The notes beneath the pieces are model-generated. The model was given only the letters and a program-made list of their open reading frames with translations. It had not been told where the DNA came from and searched no databases. This document shows, piece after piece, positions 36,468 through 49,485 of a stretch of 64,000 nt of DNA. The position numbers and the translations under genes are program-made. The DNA is taken from the NCBI GenBank assembly GCA_965649825.1, contig OZ287710.1, forward strand, positions 1-64,000, in the 5' to 3' direction. Position 1 is the first letter of the stretch. The number at the start of each line of letters is the position of its first letter. The DNA is from Penicillus capitatus. Lineage: Eukaryota > Plantae > Chlorophyta.

Positions 36468-39400
36468 ATGCTTTACTTCACTGTCATGGCGCTGTTGGTC
36501 GCACTGCGACACTGGGATGGCGCAATGGCGGCGACGGATTACTATACATACGATGGCCTTGGAAACAACGTCGCGAACCCATCCTGGGGGCAAGCAGCAC
36601 AATGCTCATGTCCTCTTGCTGATTTCGGTGTGTAGAGCGGCGAATACTGTTTTCTTGAGGGCACAGTTGGATGCCGCCGACGGCTACACGACCAACAATC
36701 TCGACGTGAGTGCGGTATTAGAAACCTCTTCTATTCACACATCCTTCTTCAGCACGCGAGCGCTCTGCCCAGCGCACGACTTGTCAGCACATCTCTAGAC
36801 TTGCCACCGTACAAGAGTCGCATACGGGCGGCAGAGCGCAGGACCGACTTTCTCACATTTATTGGCCAATTGATCAAACATGACATTGGCCTGCGAAAGG
36901 AAGACACGTCAGAGACAGAGCCAATCACTGTACCCTTCTGCGACGAGCACTTCGATAGAGACACGTGTGGTCTGGATGAAGCGGCGCTGCTTTCAGAGAC
37001 TCCCGAGACCATCGATTTTTACCGATCGGGATTCGAGATCGATGAGAACGGCGAACGGCAACAAATCAACAGAGCCACGGCGTTTCTCGACGGCGGAGCG
37101 GTCTACGGGCACGATTCGATTACGGCGAATCACTTGCGATCTTACGTAAACGGTAAACTGCGGACCTACAACGAACTACTGCCACTCAATACGATGGGAC
37201 TCCCAATACCAAATCCAGCAGGCAACGAACCACCAGTGAGTCTCAGGTAGACCTTCTTCGAACCTCTCTCGCTCACCGACCCGATTCTGTTTCTTGCAGA
37301 GTGGCCGGAGATCCTAGGGCGAATATGCATCCCGTTTTGCTGGCGCTGCATTCACTCTTCGTCAGAGAACACAACCGTCTGGCAGATGAACTTGCGAAGG
37401 ATGGCCCATTACTGTCCGACGAACACATTTATCGACGAGCGCGTCAGTGGGTCACTGCATACCTTCAGAAGATTTGTTACTATGAGTACTTGCCGGCAAT
37501 GGGCATCAACCTCCCCCTGTACAACGGTTATAATAGCAGCGTCAACGCAGGTAGATACCTCCTGCAATGATCATTGAGCATGGTTCTCGCATATAAGGGA
37601 TCGACAACTTCTTTTCGACGGCTGCTTTTCGTCTGGGCCACAGTCAGATTCTGGATGTCGTCTATCGCATCGATGATAAAGGGAGGGAAATTTCTGAAGG
37701 GCATCTGCTGCTTCATCGGTCGTTCTATAACCCGACGCTCGCACTCTCTGATGGCATCGAGCCTCTTCTCAGAGGAGCTGCGATTTCTCGACAAGCCGAA
37801 ATCTCGCCACAGTACTCAAATGCGTTGCAGAACTATCTGTTTGGCAACGCAGCTTTCGGGGGACGAGATCTCCTTGCACTTGATATTCAGAGAGGGCGCG
37901 ATCACGGACTGCCTTTCTACAATTCTGCACGTACACAACTCCAACTGCCTGCCAAGACCTCATTCGGCGACATCACGGGCGACTACCGTTTAGCTGCCAA
38001 ACTCGAAGAGATCTATGGAACAATCGACAACGTCGAAATGCCTTCTTGCACAAAGAAGCAAACCCGTGTGCATGCAGATGGATGCTTACATTGGAGGTCT
38101 CGCCGAAGATCCCCCTGCCGACCAAACGATGGGAGAGCTCTTCGCCGCTTCGTGGGTAGATCAGTTTCGCCGTATCAGAGATGGAGACCGCTTCTATTTC
38201 GAGAACACTGCCAACGGACTCTTTTCCGCAGACGAGGTATCAGCGATTCACGAAACAAGTGAGGATGGACGCCGATACGTTATGCATCCGCATACATCGT
38301 CTGCCTGCAGCATTGAGAGATATCATCTTGAGAAACACAGATATCTCTGTGCTGCCTGAGAATATCTACTTCAGCAACAGAACGCAGCCATGGCCTCCTT
38401 CTGCCGATGACACCGCCTCCCCTGTTGCGTCCGACACTTTGACGTCCAGATCTTCAGAAGATGCAGGAGATCACTTGACAGGAAAGGCGACAGAGGAGCT
38501 TGTACCATCCGTTTATACACTTCAATGGCAAATGGAAAGGGTAGGAACGACCGATTACATGCGTTTTACACTGATCTGTGCAGCTACGGGGTGGGTCGGT
38601 CTCGGATTTGCCAAAGGTCTGGCTGGACCCATTCAGCACGGAGCATGCACGTTCTATGTCTCCTTACTGCAGATGCTTCCAGTGCAATGATTGAAGCCGA
38701 CATCGTGATCGGTGCTGTAGAGTCAGGCGTCGCGAGAATTGCCGACTATTGGGCGACATCTTTCGCACAACCTCGTCTGGATACATCTTTGGGCGGAACA
38801 GACGATGTCGAGCTTGTGGAAGGATATGAAGTGGACGGCATCACCACTATTGTTTTCAGAAGAAAAGTCACGACGACGGATTCTTGGGACAGATCGATCA
38901 GCACAACATCACCGGTGCCTATCATTTTCGCCTGGCACTCCACCAATGACGATCTCCAATACCACTCGTGTGTCCACACAACGCACACATCTCGCTCTGT
39001 CTGAGTTCCCATCTGCAGTGTCACGCGTCGTGGAAAAACCCTTCTGGACTTGTATGGAAGACTCCCGTCTACATCTGCATCCTACTCGGAACGATCGGAC
39101 TCTCTTGACTTGGCGACGATCAGAAGAAGCATTGTATTGGACAGGAGTTCGGATCTCAGCCTGGGCTGGAACATCGTGGAAGGGGGTGAATGGCAATTGC
39201 TGAATGCCACAATCCGAATGAAAAGTACACGTGACATCGGCTTCGGCAGCAAAGGACGTTTTCTTTGCAGCAAGTGGTCTGAGCTTCGCTGCATTCGGAA
39301 TTGAGAGGGAAGATGGGACGTTTGGCGGATCCGATGTCATCAAGATCGAATCGAACGGACCCTATTGCACGGTGCACGATGCATGGGCCACAGACGGAGG

Positions 39401-42400
39401 GTCCATTGCGTATGACTACAGCATTGGTGGCAACGACGATTTAACAGATGCGCATTGCACGACGTCGGAAGGATACATCGAGGCAACATTCCTGCGCTTC
39501 ATCAATACAGGAGATATCGCAGATGTTCCACTCAACAAGAACGGTTTCACGGATGTCTTCTTTCTGTGGAACAGATCCGACATCGACGCCACCTTAGAGA
39601 CATCGGAGTATGTTTCCAATGAGGAATCCGTGAGATCGAGGACGTGTGCTAGGTCAAAATGGCTGAGTGTCGATTTCTTCGCCGCGGATGACTCGACAGC
39701 GCGGCAGGAATCTGACGATCTCTCCCCAGAGGATCCCGATTTAGAAGCGACTTCTCCGGCAACGGCGGTGCCAGGGGGAGAAACATCCCCTGATCTCTCG
39801 ACCACTTCTTCGAGTTTCCAAGGGAGCGTCACTGTCGATGAGGACACAGAGTATCGCATCTTTTACATCGTCAATGAACAAGACATCACCTTTCAGCTCT
39901 CTTTCAAAGGTGCCTTTCGACACACGTCTACGCTTTTCGTAAACAAAAAACAGGAACTGGATTCGTCGGGCTTGGAATTCCGGGAGCCGATCAAAATATG
40001 AACTCTGCAGATATCATCATCGCAGCCAATGACGGCGCTGGCGGCTGCAGTGTTGGAGATTACTGGTCGACGACGTTTGCAAAACCGGAGTTGGATACAG
40101 AAATTGGAGGAACAGATGATCTCAGAGATACGTCATGCACTGTGGAAAATGGCTACATGAACGCGACGTTTACGCGGTCCTACACAACCGACGACGATTT
40201 TGATCGGCAGTTGGAACGTGACGCGTCTGCAGCGACGTTCATCTACGCCTACCATCCATCATCGGACGGTATAGAGTACCATGGAGTATCTATGTAAGCC
40301 ATCAGCATGGATCCCGACCTCCTGTGCTCTGATACGTTTTTCAGGCGTGGGGTGATCGACATCGATTTGCAACCGACTACCAGCGATTCCGAGGAACTGC
40401 TGTCGGTGGAGTTCGACGAAACAGCAACGAAAGAACTCGCAGATGGATACACTGTAATGACTGCGCCTGGACGTCCGCCTTTCTGCTGACAGTGCGTCTG
40501 TTCAGATCTGGTGGAAAATTGTTCAAGACGAAGGATCAAGCACGACGCGCAGACGTCGTTCTCGGAAGCTGATGAACGATGCCACGTCATTAGATGGCGG
40601 AGGAGAAATCATTTTCAAACTTCAGCGCCAGTCCACTGGGTGGATGGGTTTCGGTATCGATCCTGCTGATGCCTCGGTCAACGGTATGCAAGAAACAGAC
40701 ATGTACATCGCATGGATCGATCCAGATTCGACTGTTCACATCATGGATGCCTGGTCTGTGGGTTTTATGCCTCCCACTCCTGATGCAGACCAAGGCGGAG
40801 AGAACAGCATCCTGCAATATGCCGGAGAAGAGAAAGACGGCATCACAACAGTCGTGTTTAAACGAAAGGTGGATACCGGCGACACATATGACCGCGTGAT
40901 CAAGAGCGCGACTCAAGTCCGTGAGGAGATCTGCTCGCTGCGTTCTTGGATGTCTTCGAGCCTTGCAGGATATTGTGTTTGCATATGGAGATGGAGATGG
41001 TTTGCCAGCTGGTGGTCATGGACCTTGCTGCCGCGGTAAAGATAAAGTGAACTGGAATGCGGATGGCGCGAGCGTGAGTAGTGGAGATGGAGATAGCCAA
41101 CCGAACGAGAAGCTAAAAGCGGCACATGCTTGGTTGATGCTCCTCGGTTGGGGCATCTTTGCAATTCTGGGCTTGATGGTCTCCCACATCGGCCGCCACT
41201 GGCGACGGTGGCAGGTATTGCACATTACATTCGAATGCATCGCGGTCTCCTTTTCTCTTCTTGGCCAAATTCTTGGCTTTTCGTACACAAAGGTGCGCGT
41301 CTTGTATCCGAAGCCTCATGAAAATGTCGGTCGGGTCTCGCAGGGGAGTGTTCGAGGGGCGCACGGAATTCTGTCTCTCCTCCTCTTGTTTGCATTGTTT
41401 CCTCAAGTTTGGATGGGCTACTACGCGAAGAAGACCGACTCTTTTCACTGGACAAAGCTCCACCGAGGATTGGGCTATTTCGTCGTGGGCATTGCCTGTT
41501 GGCAGATGTGGTTGGGGATGCTCCTCTATGACGTCGATACGCGTCTGGTCGATTGCTACTACGCTTGGCTCATCTCCGTTGGGGTGTACCACTGCCGTCC
41601 ATAAGTCTTATCTGTTTAAGGGAGCGCGTGTGCTTCTCAGGTATCGTTCCATTTCGCTGCAGACACTGTCAGTGTTTTCGAGATCAAGACACATCTGAAC
41701 AGGAAAGGATTTGACGTGGAGGATGCCGCAGCAAGAAAACAGAGAAAAATGTCTATGAAATCCAATGCCAACGGGTCTGATCCTTTTATCTGCTTTTGGT
41801 GAAAACTAAGAGCACGCTTTAGAAACGAAGACCTTGCTGCATCGTCTAACCTCTCACCAGAAAGGTCTTTTGTGTCACAGTCGTTGCTCTCTTTGTCTGC
41901 TGGACATCTGTCATGTCAGCTTATCGGAGAAAGAGCAGTCCTCTTCCCTCAAGGCATCGGACAGAAAGGATCGGAAGCAGACGAACAAAGTCGCACATCC
42001 GCGTTTCCGCGTCTTGTCTAATATGGTTGTCTATGTTGCAGGATGAAAAGACGTCGTCGCAGAACGGTATTTCATCTCACTCCTCACTGGAAACAGAATT
42101 TGAGTGAGATCGTGCAGATGGTCGAAACAAGATTGACACCCAGACCTTTGCGGAGTCCTTTGGCGCTGGAAAACAATGGACGGTGATTCATCAGAAAGTT
42201 TACGATATGTCGCGCTTGATCGATACGCATCCGGGTGGACCGGAACAGATCATCGACATTATCGGCAGAGACGGTACTGAGGGATTCGATGAACAACATG
42301 CCGACAGCGAAGCGGCTCATCGGTTTCTCCCGTTTCCCCTCCTCTGTATCTTACCGTCTTTGACAGGATGCTGGAGAAGGCGTGGATCGGAGACCTGATC

Positions 42401-42418
42401 GAGGCATCGGACTCTTAA
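36468..42418 (+). CDS. Multi-heme fusion: signal peptide - animal-type heme peroxidase - 4x DOMON - cytochrome b561 - cytochrome b5 (~21 introns, ~1600 aa)
   Basis: MLYFTVMALLVAL signal; YDGLGNN...WG|AANTVFLR; GQLIKHD; AGDPRAN; REHNRL; FRLGHSQI; DIQRGRDHGLP; DQFRRIRDGDRFYFEN. DOMONs ~38500-39030, 39130-39690, 39830-40370, 40450-41060. Four b561 His (AAHAW, VLHIT, GAHGI, KLHRG). b5 WTVIHQKVYD...HPGG...EQH. Every junction can be spliced in frame to TAA 42416-42418. Confidence 0.8.
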
Positions 42419-42519
42419 CCGTTGTATGGAAAGCATGCCAACTTGTCGTTGCCTTTGAATGCATTAGATGCGTGCATTACCGACGCGTACCTGTTCGCCG
42501 ACGCGCTTTTTGCCTCACG

Positions 42520-45500
42520 ATGGCAGAAAATTCTCCTGTTCAGTTAGTCGATGCAGATGGGGAATTTTGTATAAAGCAGATAGAGGAGTTTTCGCAATCC
42601 TCTAAGCTTGTCTCGGCAGGACGCAATTATCAAGTCGTAGCAATCATGGGACCGCAGAGCTCTGGAAAGAGCACGCTCGTGAATCACGTCGTACGGTTTT
42701 GCGTTCTCATGTCTTCTGTCTTTCGCAATGAGGCCCATAGTTTGGCACGGGTTTCCAAGAAATGGACGCGGTTTTGGGTCGACGCCAGACCACACGTGGC
42801 ATTTGGATCGCAAAGGCGCCAGATAATTCGGAACTGCTGACCATGGTATTGGATCTCGAAGGCACCGATGGTCGTGAGCGTGGCGAAGATGACACGACAT
42901 TCGAGCGACAGAGTGCACTGTTTGCTCTGGCTGTTGCCGATGTGGTGCTCATCAACATTTGGTGTCATGACATTGGACGTGAGCACGGTTCTGGAAAACC
43001 ACTCATCAAAACCATTCTTCAAGCAAACTGCCCTACATCATCATCGTTAACAGATGTGAGAAGTGCTTGTCGTTTGAATAGGTGAATTTGAAACTCTTTA
43101 CCCCGAGTACCAAAGACAAGAAGACGGTGTTGGTGTTCGTGATTCGTGACAAATCGAGAACACCGCTTGAGAAATTGGCTGAGGTTCTGAAACAAGACAT
43201 GTTGAAGATCTGGGATTCTATCATTAAGCCAATCGAATATCAAGAGACGCCTTTCTACGATTTTTTCGAAATCCGCTTCGAGGCTCTACCAAACTACGAA
43301 GAAAAAGAAGAAGACTTCAAGACCGAAGCAAAGGCTCTCCGCAAAAAATTCAGCCTCGAAGGTATGATGATTCTTTTCCGTGCAATGAGACATAAATAAT
43401 GTGAACTGACGAGGCGTTTAGGCCCAGAGACGTATGTTCTTAAAGATGATAATAAGCTTCCTGGCGAGGCTATTCCGCTAAGTACCTCCAAGGTGTGGGA
43501 AGTGATCAAGACGCACAAGGATTTGGATCTACCAGCCCATAAGGTATGGATGATGATGTCTTGTGGCCAGCGGTCTGTAAACTTGTGTACAGATCATGGT
43601 GGCAACGACACGCTGTTCTCAAATTCAGCAGGATCAATTGGAAGCGCTGAAGAAAGACGCGTGTTTTGGCACACTCGTGAAAGAAGCAGCCGAGAAGCTG
43701 CACGAAGACTTTGGAGAACGCATGACGTCATTGATCGATTCCTGCATCACGGGGTACGACAAACAGGCCCAAATATGTCCATAAGACCTTCTTCTGCAGT
43801 TATGATACGGATACCATGTTCTTCGACCCAGACATTCGTGCTGAAAAGAGAGAAGAACTCTTGGAGAAGGTCTGATCGGTGGACGAGGAGTGTCCATCTG
43901 TAGACATTCAATCTGTTGTGGCTACTAGGTGACCAATATGGTCAAGGGTCCCTATGAGCAGCAAATGAAGTATCTGCACGAGACGCTCTTTGCGGAAATG
44001 GAGAAGGACTTGAAAGTTGGAACGACTGTGGAAAAGAAGGGTTTCTCGGAATGCGCAGCTGCTTGCAAGAAAGCAAAGGTCGACTCTTTTGCCGAGAAGC
44101 AAAAACTCTTGCAGATACGTCACATCACTCTGGAATCCTCGGCATTCCTAACCGAGTTTGCCCGCGCTATCGACACACTGATCGACAAACTAAAGAAAGA
44201 AAAGGTTGATAACGAAAGAGACATCAGCCATCCATCAATGACGTGTCTTTGTTTTCTAGATGGTTGGTGTCAAAGAACAAGTCGAGAAGCTGTTTGACTC
44301 TGTCCTCTCTTCACCGATGGTCGGTCTGTTGGATACGGCGCCTTCCAATCTCTGGGATCAAGCGCGACACATTCTGTCATCGGCATTGGCAGCGGGATAT
44401 CAACTTAAGAGCAAAGAACTAACGGGTTATGAGCTCAGCGATCAGGAGTTGAAAACACTGGACGAGAATCTGAAAGGCATGGCCATCCAGCTCATGAAAG
44501 TCCATACCAAGGAGGCAGCGAACACAGTTCTCAGTCGAATGAAGGACAAGTGAGAAGGAGACTGTGCCGAGAAAGATTCGGCAGTTTGTGCTTTCAGATT
44601 CTCCAATGATTTCAGTATGGACGAAAATCAGCTGCCCAGAACATGGACGCCGAAGGACGACATTGCAAAGATTTCAAAGCATGCGCGTTTGGCATCAGCA
44701 GAGGTGCTGGCTCAGCTGACCATCTTCCAAGGGCAGGCATCCATTCCTGAAGCGCTCAAGATCGAAGAGTCCATTCGCGAAATGGCGAAGAGGGACTTTG
44801 AATCGACATCCACAGAGCCAAGAAGCGCATCGGCCAAGAATGGAACACTGGATATTCATGTGGCAGTGGAATGGCCAGACATCCCAGCTGAACACGTCCT
44901 GATTCAGCCAGCTGCTGTGCGTACTGCCTGGAAGCACTTTATGACAGAGACCAAACTCCAAATTACTCAAGTAATCTTGGGCTTTGAGGACAAGGCTCAG
45001 ATGCTGTGTGATAGGCAACGCTGACGCAACATGCCAATAAACTTGCAGGCAACCGATTGCCTCCTATCTGGGCAATCTTTGCCATGATGTTCTTGGGATT
45101 CAATGAGTTCATGGCATTGGTCTACAGTCCGATTATGGCACTGGCATTGATCGTGGTGATCCTGTTCTGTCGGAGTCTCTACATCGAAATGGATGTGGAT
45201 AACGAAATGCAGAAAGGCGCTTTGCCCGGGGCTATTTCTCTGGCTGGCAAATTTGTGCCTTCTGTCAAGAGCATCTCAAACAAATCCATCGATTCTGTGA
45301 TGCAGTTCATCAAGCAGGAAGAGGCTGAACCGAACAGAACGGCAGATGGTACATCTGGCGCAGCATCGTCCTCCTCATCCCAACCCGAAGGACTGCGTCA
45401 GCGCATTCCTCCTGCCCAAAGTCTATCAGCGCGATTGCATTGTGTCTGTCGTCTATATTGTGTGAGATGCAGGTGCCGTAGAGGAATCGCAAAAGCAGGA

Positions 45501-45546
45501 AGGTCCATCTGCTGCTGCCCCTGTTGAATCGGCTAAAGACAAATGA
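42520..45546 (+). CDS. RHD3: RHD3/Sey1 atlastin-like ER-fusion GTPase, ~11 exons
   Basis: [20 protein letters not shown]|[53 protein letters not shown]-terminal [20 protein letters not shown] hairpin. One GC-AG intron (43023-43081). Confidence 0.95.
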
Positions 45547-45603
45547 GCGATGCTTGTGCACAGTCCTGAGATTTTCAGGTAGCTGGATCGTTTACTGGCA
45601 AGG

Positions 45604-47800
45604 ATGAGTCTGTCTATGCCTCTCCATCGATTCTCTTTAGAACACTATTCATCGATTGTCCTCCCTCTTATAGACCACCTCAATATTGATGTGACAGCGT
45701 TTCAAATGTTATCCAGTGGATGGTTGTGCGTTCGTGCGTCTTGTCGGATACTCGACGGACGTCACATCATTGTTACGCGACGGTGGCGAACGTCATACGA
45801 TTTCTGTAAGGAGAGATCCAGACGTCGTCGTCAAGGATGAAAAACAAACACAAAGGCAACGAGCCTATTGGCAAAACGCTCGATGTATACTTTAAGAGAT
45901 CGCTTAACCAGCCACATCCAGGGCGCATCCACAGCCACTCTGCCACACGCGAAAACTTCATCAAGTATCCCCTATATCCTGCCTTCCTATCTATGTCTCA
46001 TAATTCAAGTCCAATCCAATGGGTGCAGAAATCTGTTGGATGCATCCACAGTCGGCCATTGTCGATCGGATCCACTCATGCGTGCGGCATGGTACATGGA
46101 TATGCGTACACATCGCCCTGAGGTATTTCGAATCGATCCACAGTTATGTGTGTCTCATAGCAATGGGATGTGTGGAGGTAGGTGATGACGACCTTCCCTG
46201 GCGAAACGCTGTATCATCTCTGTTTCTGGGGTGACAGCGGAAGGATCGCCGTCGGCTGCGACAGAGGCGTTCGGACAGAACACATTGATTCAGACAACGA
46301 TGACAGGCAGCTGCACGATGATGCCTCAAGAATACGATCTGTCAATCTGCTTGGTGTCTTAGAGATCTACATCCAATGGATCTCCCTGTTGCCTTTGTCC
46401 GGCCTTATAGCCACGATCGCCTGATCTGTGCCTCCAAGCATGCAGATGTGGTTCGGATTCTCGACGGATACCATCACGATCACGTGTGTTGAGCTAACAG
46501 CGTTTTGTTCAGGAGTGAATGATAGGACGTGTGTTGTCTAGGTAGAACTGGGCCTGCAATACCCGCCGACTGGACTCTCATCTCATTGCCCTTTCGTCCC
46601 ATCATCTCCAGGATTCCGTGACCTCAACTCTATGTCCAGTACATCGGTGCTTGCTGCACGTCACATCAGACAGATTCTGGAATGGGATGCGCGATCTTCT
46701 TCCGATCCTCATCGGGTCTATCAGTTTTCTGGGCGACAACAGGACGTTGCTCTTGCCACTGGCTTTTGCTCCATCCAGTCCATCCAGAAGGAACATCTGG
46801 TCGTGGCCGCTGGCTGGGAAGGCAAAGTCAGCTTCCGTATGGGTAGACAGCACCGTAATAATGGATGCTGTTGTATGCACAGATCATGATGTGGGATGTA
46901 CGTAACCAACGGAATTCGGTCGTATATCCTTTTCATACTCAGCTCCTCTCCACCTCCCTGCCATCCCCAACGAAGAAACCGCTGAAGATTCTCTCCATTT
47001 TGCTGCATCCGGAGAACTCAGCAAAATTGGCATTTCTTGGACTGATGCAGGAAGGCATGGTCGTTGGTCTGCTCGAAATGAGATCTTTGGCAATTTCACA
47101 TTTGAAATGCATTTCGCCGAAGGACGTCGAAGAGAGTGACCACAGCCACCTTATGCACAGAATGGCATGGCAGCCACAAAGCGATACCATCCTTTCCGGT
47201 ACCATTCATTTTTGCAGTTCACAGTTTGATCTTGTACCAATGCAGGGAACAATAATAGTCAGCTCTGTTTTGTCCGTTTTAGTGGAAAGCCAGATACTCA
47301 GATCAATCAGGACCGAAATGCACTTCATGTTGTCAAGTCGGCAACAGAGGGAGCAATCCTCGGAGTGGAGCATCACCCCATGCTGGATACGACGATTTGC
47401 ACCGCTGTACCTCAGACGGTGCTCAAACTCAATAAGTATACACCTTGGCCTTCAATTCCGGACGACATTGCAGAAAATATACCCTCAACGAGTGACTTAG
47501 GGTGAATGAAGCTTTTTGTCGTACAATAACTAGAGAGCTCTAGTCCTCTTCTGTCGTTGTGACATTAGTGTACGATACCAAGCAGCATCTCTACGCGTAG
47601 TACACCGTCTGCTAAAGATAGCGCCGTGTTAGATGTCGATTTCGCGTTTCAGTCATCAACCCTTATTCAGCACACATGTCCTTGGCGAGATTATTCGACC
47701 CGATCCAGTGTGTCGTGTACTGTGGAAAGCGCCTTTGCTGCGAGTGTCTGCTTCGCATCGTCAATAGCTCCTGCACGGTTGGCGGTTGCTGTCTACTAGC
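45604..47800 (+). CDS. Divergent WD40-repeat protein; boundaries approximate
   Basis: Spliced segments ILEWDARS and LVVAAGWEGK|IMMWDVRNQRN, plus HRMAWQPQSDTILSG and GRIAVGCDRG, resemble WD40 blades. Many small introns not fully resolved. Confidence 0.5.
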
Positions 47801-48071
47801 CGACAACGGATAGATGTCTCCTGTCTTTTGGCCACTGCATGATGAGGTAAGTAAGTATAAAGTGAGCCTTGTTAAAATAGAAACATCTTCATCTTCGCCG
47901 TATGATCATTACCAGAGATTCAAGTATAGAATTCGAACGGAATCTGTCGGAAGAGATTCAAAAAATAGTAGACGATCAAATGAGAGAGCAGATTCTCCGT
48001 GGAATACCCAGCCAATCACAGAATCCCCCTCGGTACTATTCTGTCAGGAGATGTGGCAGTCGTGTTCCACA

Positions 48072-49406
48072 TCATTTGCCTGCTTCTGGCTCAGGTTTCT
48101 TTTCTGCTTCTGGCTCAGGCTTCTTCTCAATGCCGCCAGTGGGAGCCAGGCCGACAGCCACTTTGAAGGCATCGTAGATACCCCACTGTAGCCCCGTCAA
48201 GGTACCGATCATGATAATACGTAGTGCAAGGCCACGGGTGAAGAGACCCACCCAACCGACCTCTTTGACAATATCGCCCATCGTGGCACCTTTCTTGGCA
48301 TTCATTTTGGACACCAAATTGTCAGCAGGATGCGAAACGATAGCGCAGAAGACACCAGCGATGTAGCCTAATCCACAACGCCTTCATTTTCGCCATTGTT
48401 CACACCACAAGAAACGTACCTGCCATGAAGGAAACCCCGATCTTTTCAGGCTTCGTGCATTCGGATTTTGGTTTCGGAATCACATACTTATAGAGCGCTT
48501 GGACAACGTTCTCGAAGCATGCTGTTGAGGCACAGGAGTGTAAAACAGATAAAGGGGGCGAGAGCTGACAGCTTACCAAACTTCATCATCGTGTAAGGCA
48601 CCTGTCGGCCCCAGAGCGGAACCAGACCTTTGAATAGACCTCCGTATCCTTCCAGTGCCACAAATTTGGGAAATCCGTCCATCAAACCTTTGGCAAATCC
48701 TGGATTCGTTTGCACTTTCACCTACAACGGCCAGCTGCCCAGCAGCTTCTTTAGTGGCGGCTGTACCTTCACAGCTTCCATTGGACAGAGCGCAACATCT
48801 GCAATCACTTCAGCAGAGGCAGAGCCTGCCAAGAAAATGCCTGTCTGATACTTGACGGCGTTATCTGCCGTAAACATATCCGAATACTTCCTGCACCCTC
48901 TCTCTCAAGATCACGAGATTTATGCGGCAGACAGATTACTTTTTGAAGTATTCGTAGAATCCAAATTTGCAGGCACCCTGCATAGAGTATCCAATGAGGG
49001 TCGGCACCCAGCCTCTGAAGATTCCAGCGATGCCTTGTTCACTAAACACCGTTCGGAAACCGACGGGAATATTTCGATATTTTCCAGGATCCGTTTGCAT
49101 GTTGCATTTGACGACGTCGAGAGGAGTGACGCCCATGTGCGTCAAACCGCAAGACAGGACGCCGCCAATCGCACAGGCCGTATAGTAATCACTCGAGTGC
49201 AATTTTATCGGCTGTTTGAAGAGGGCTGAGGGAATGAAGAGAGTGGACTTCGATTCCAACGGCGCCGCCACGAATGGCTTCGTCGTCTTTGACGGACCGC
49301 TGACCAAGGCAACGGGATCTTCCACTCGAGGCGCAGCTTCTCGCGGAAGACTCTCCTGTGAGCGCGTGTAGAGATGAGAGGGGAGAAGATCTTTGAATCC
49401 CGCCAT
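48072..49406 (-). CDS. MPT: Mitochondrial phosphate carrier (SLC25A3/MPT), 5 exons
   Basis: YYTACAIGGVLSCGLTHMGVTPLDVVKCNMQ, GWVPTLIGYSMQGACKFGFYEYFK, ADVALCPMEAVK|VKVQT, LWGRQVPYTMMKF, RIIMIGTLTGLQWGIYDAFKV. Confidence 0.96.
48081..48128 (-). repeat. 24-nt tandem duplication encoding (EKKPEPEA)x2 at the phosphate-carrier C-terminus
   Basis: tgcttctggctcaggtttcttttc followed by tgcttctggctcaggcttcttctc (22/24 identical). Confidence 0.85.
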
Positions 49407-49485
49407 GATCGCGAGACGAGAAAGAAAACAAACGCGCAAAGAAGAACGGAGAATGGACAGGCAGAGATGCAAAACATTAGACAAG

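Noticed and set aside
42105-42107. In-frame TGA between the b561 linker and the cytochrome b5 domain (possible selenocysteine/readthrough or gene boundary)
   Set aside because: A 51-nt GT-AG intron (42067-42117) removes it and joins QN|DGRNKIDTQTF in frame, so no recoding is needed.
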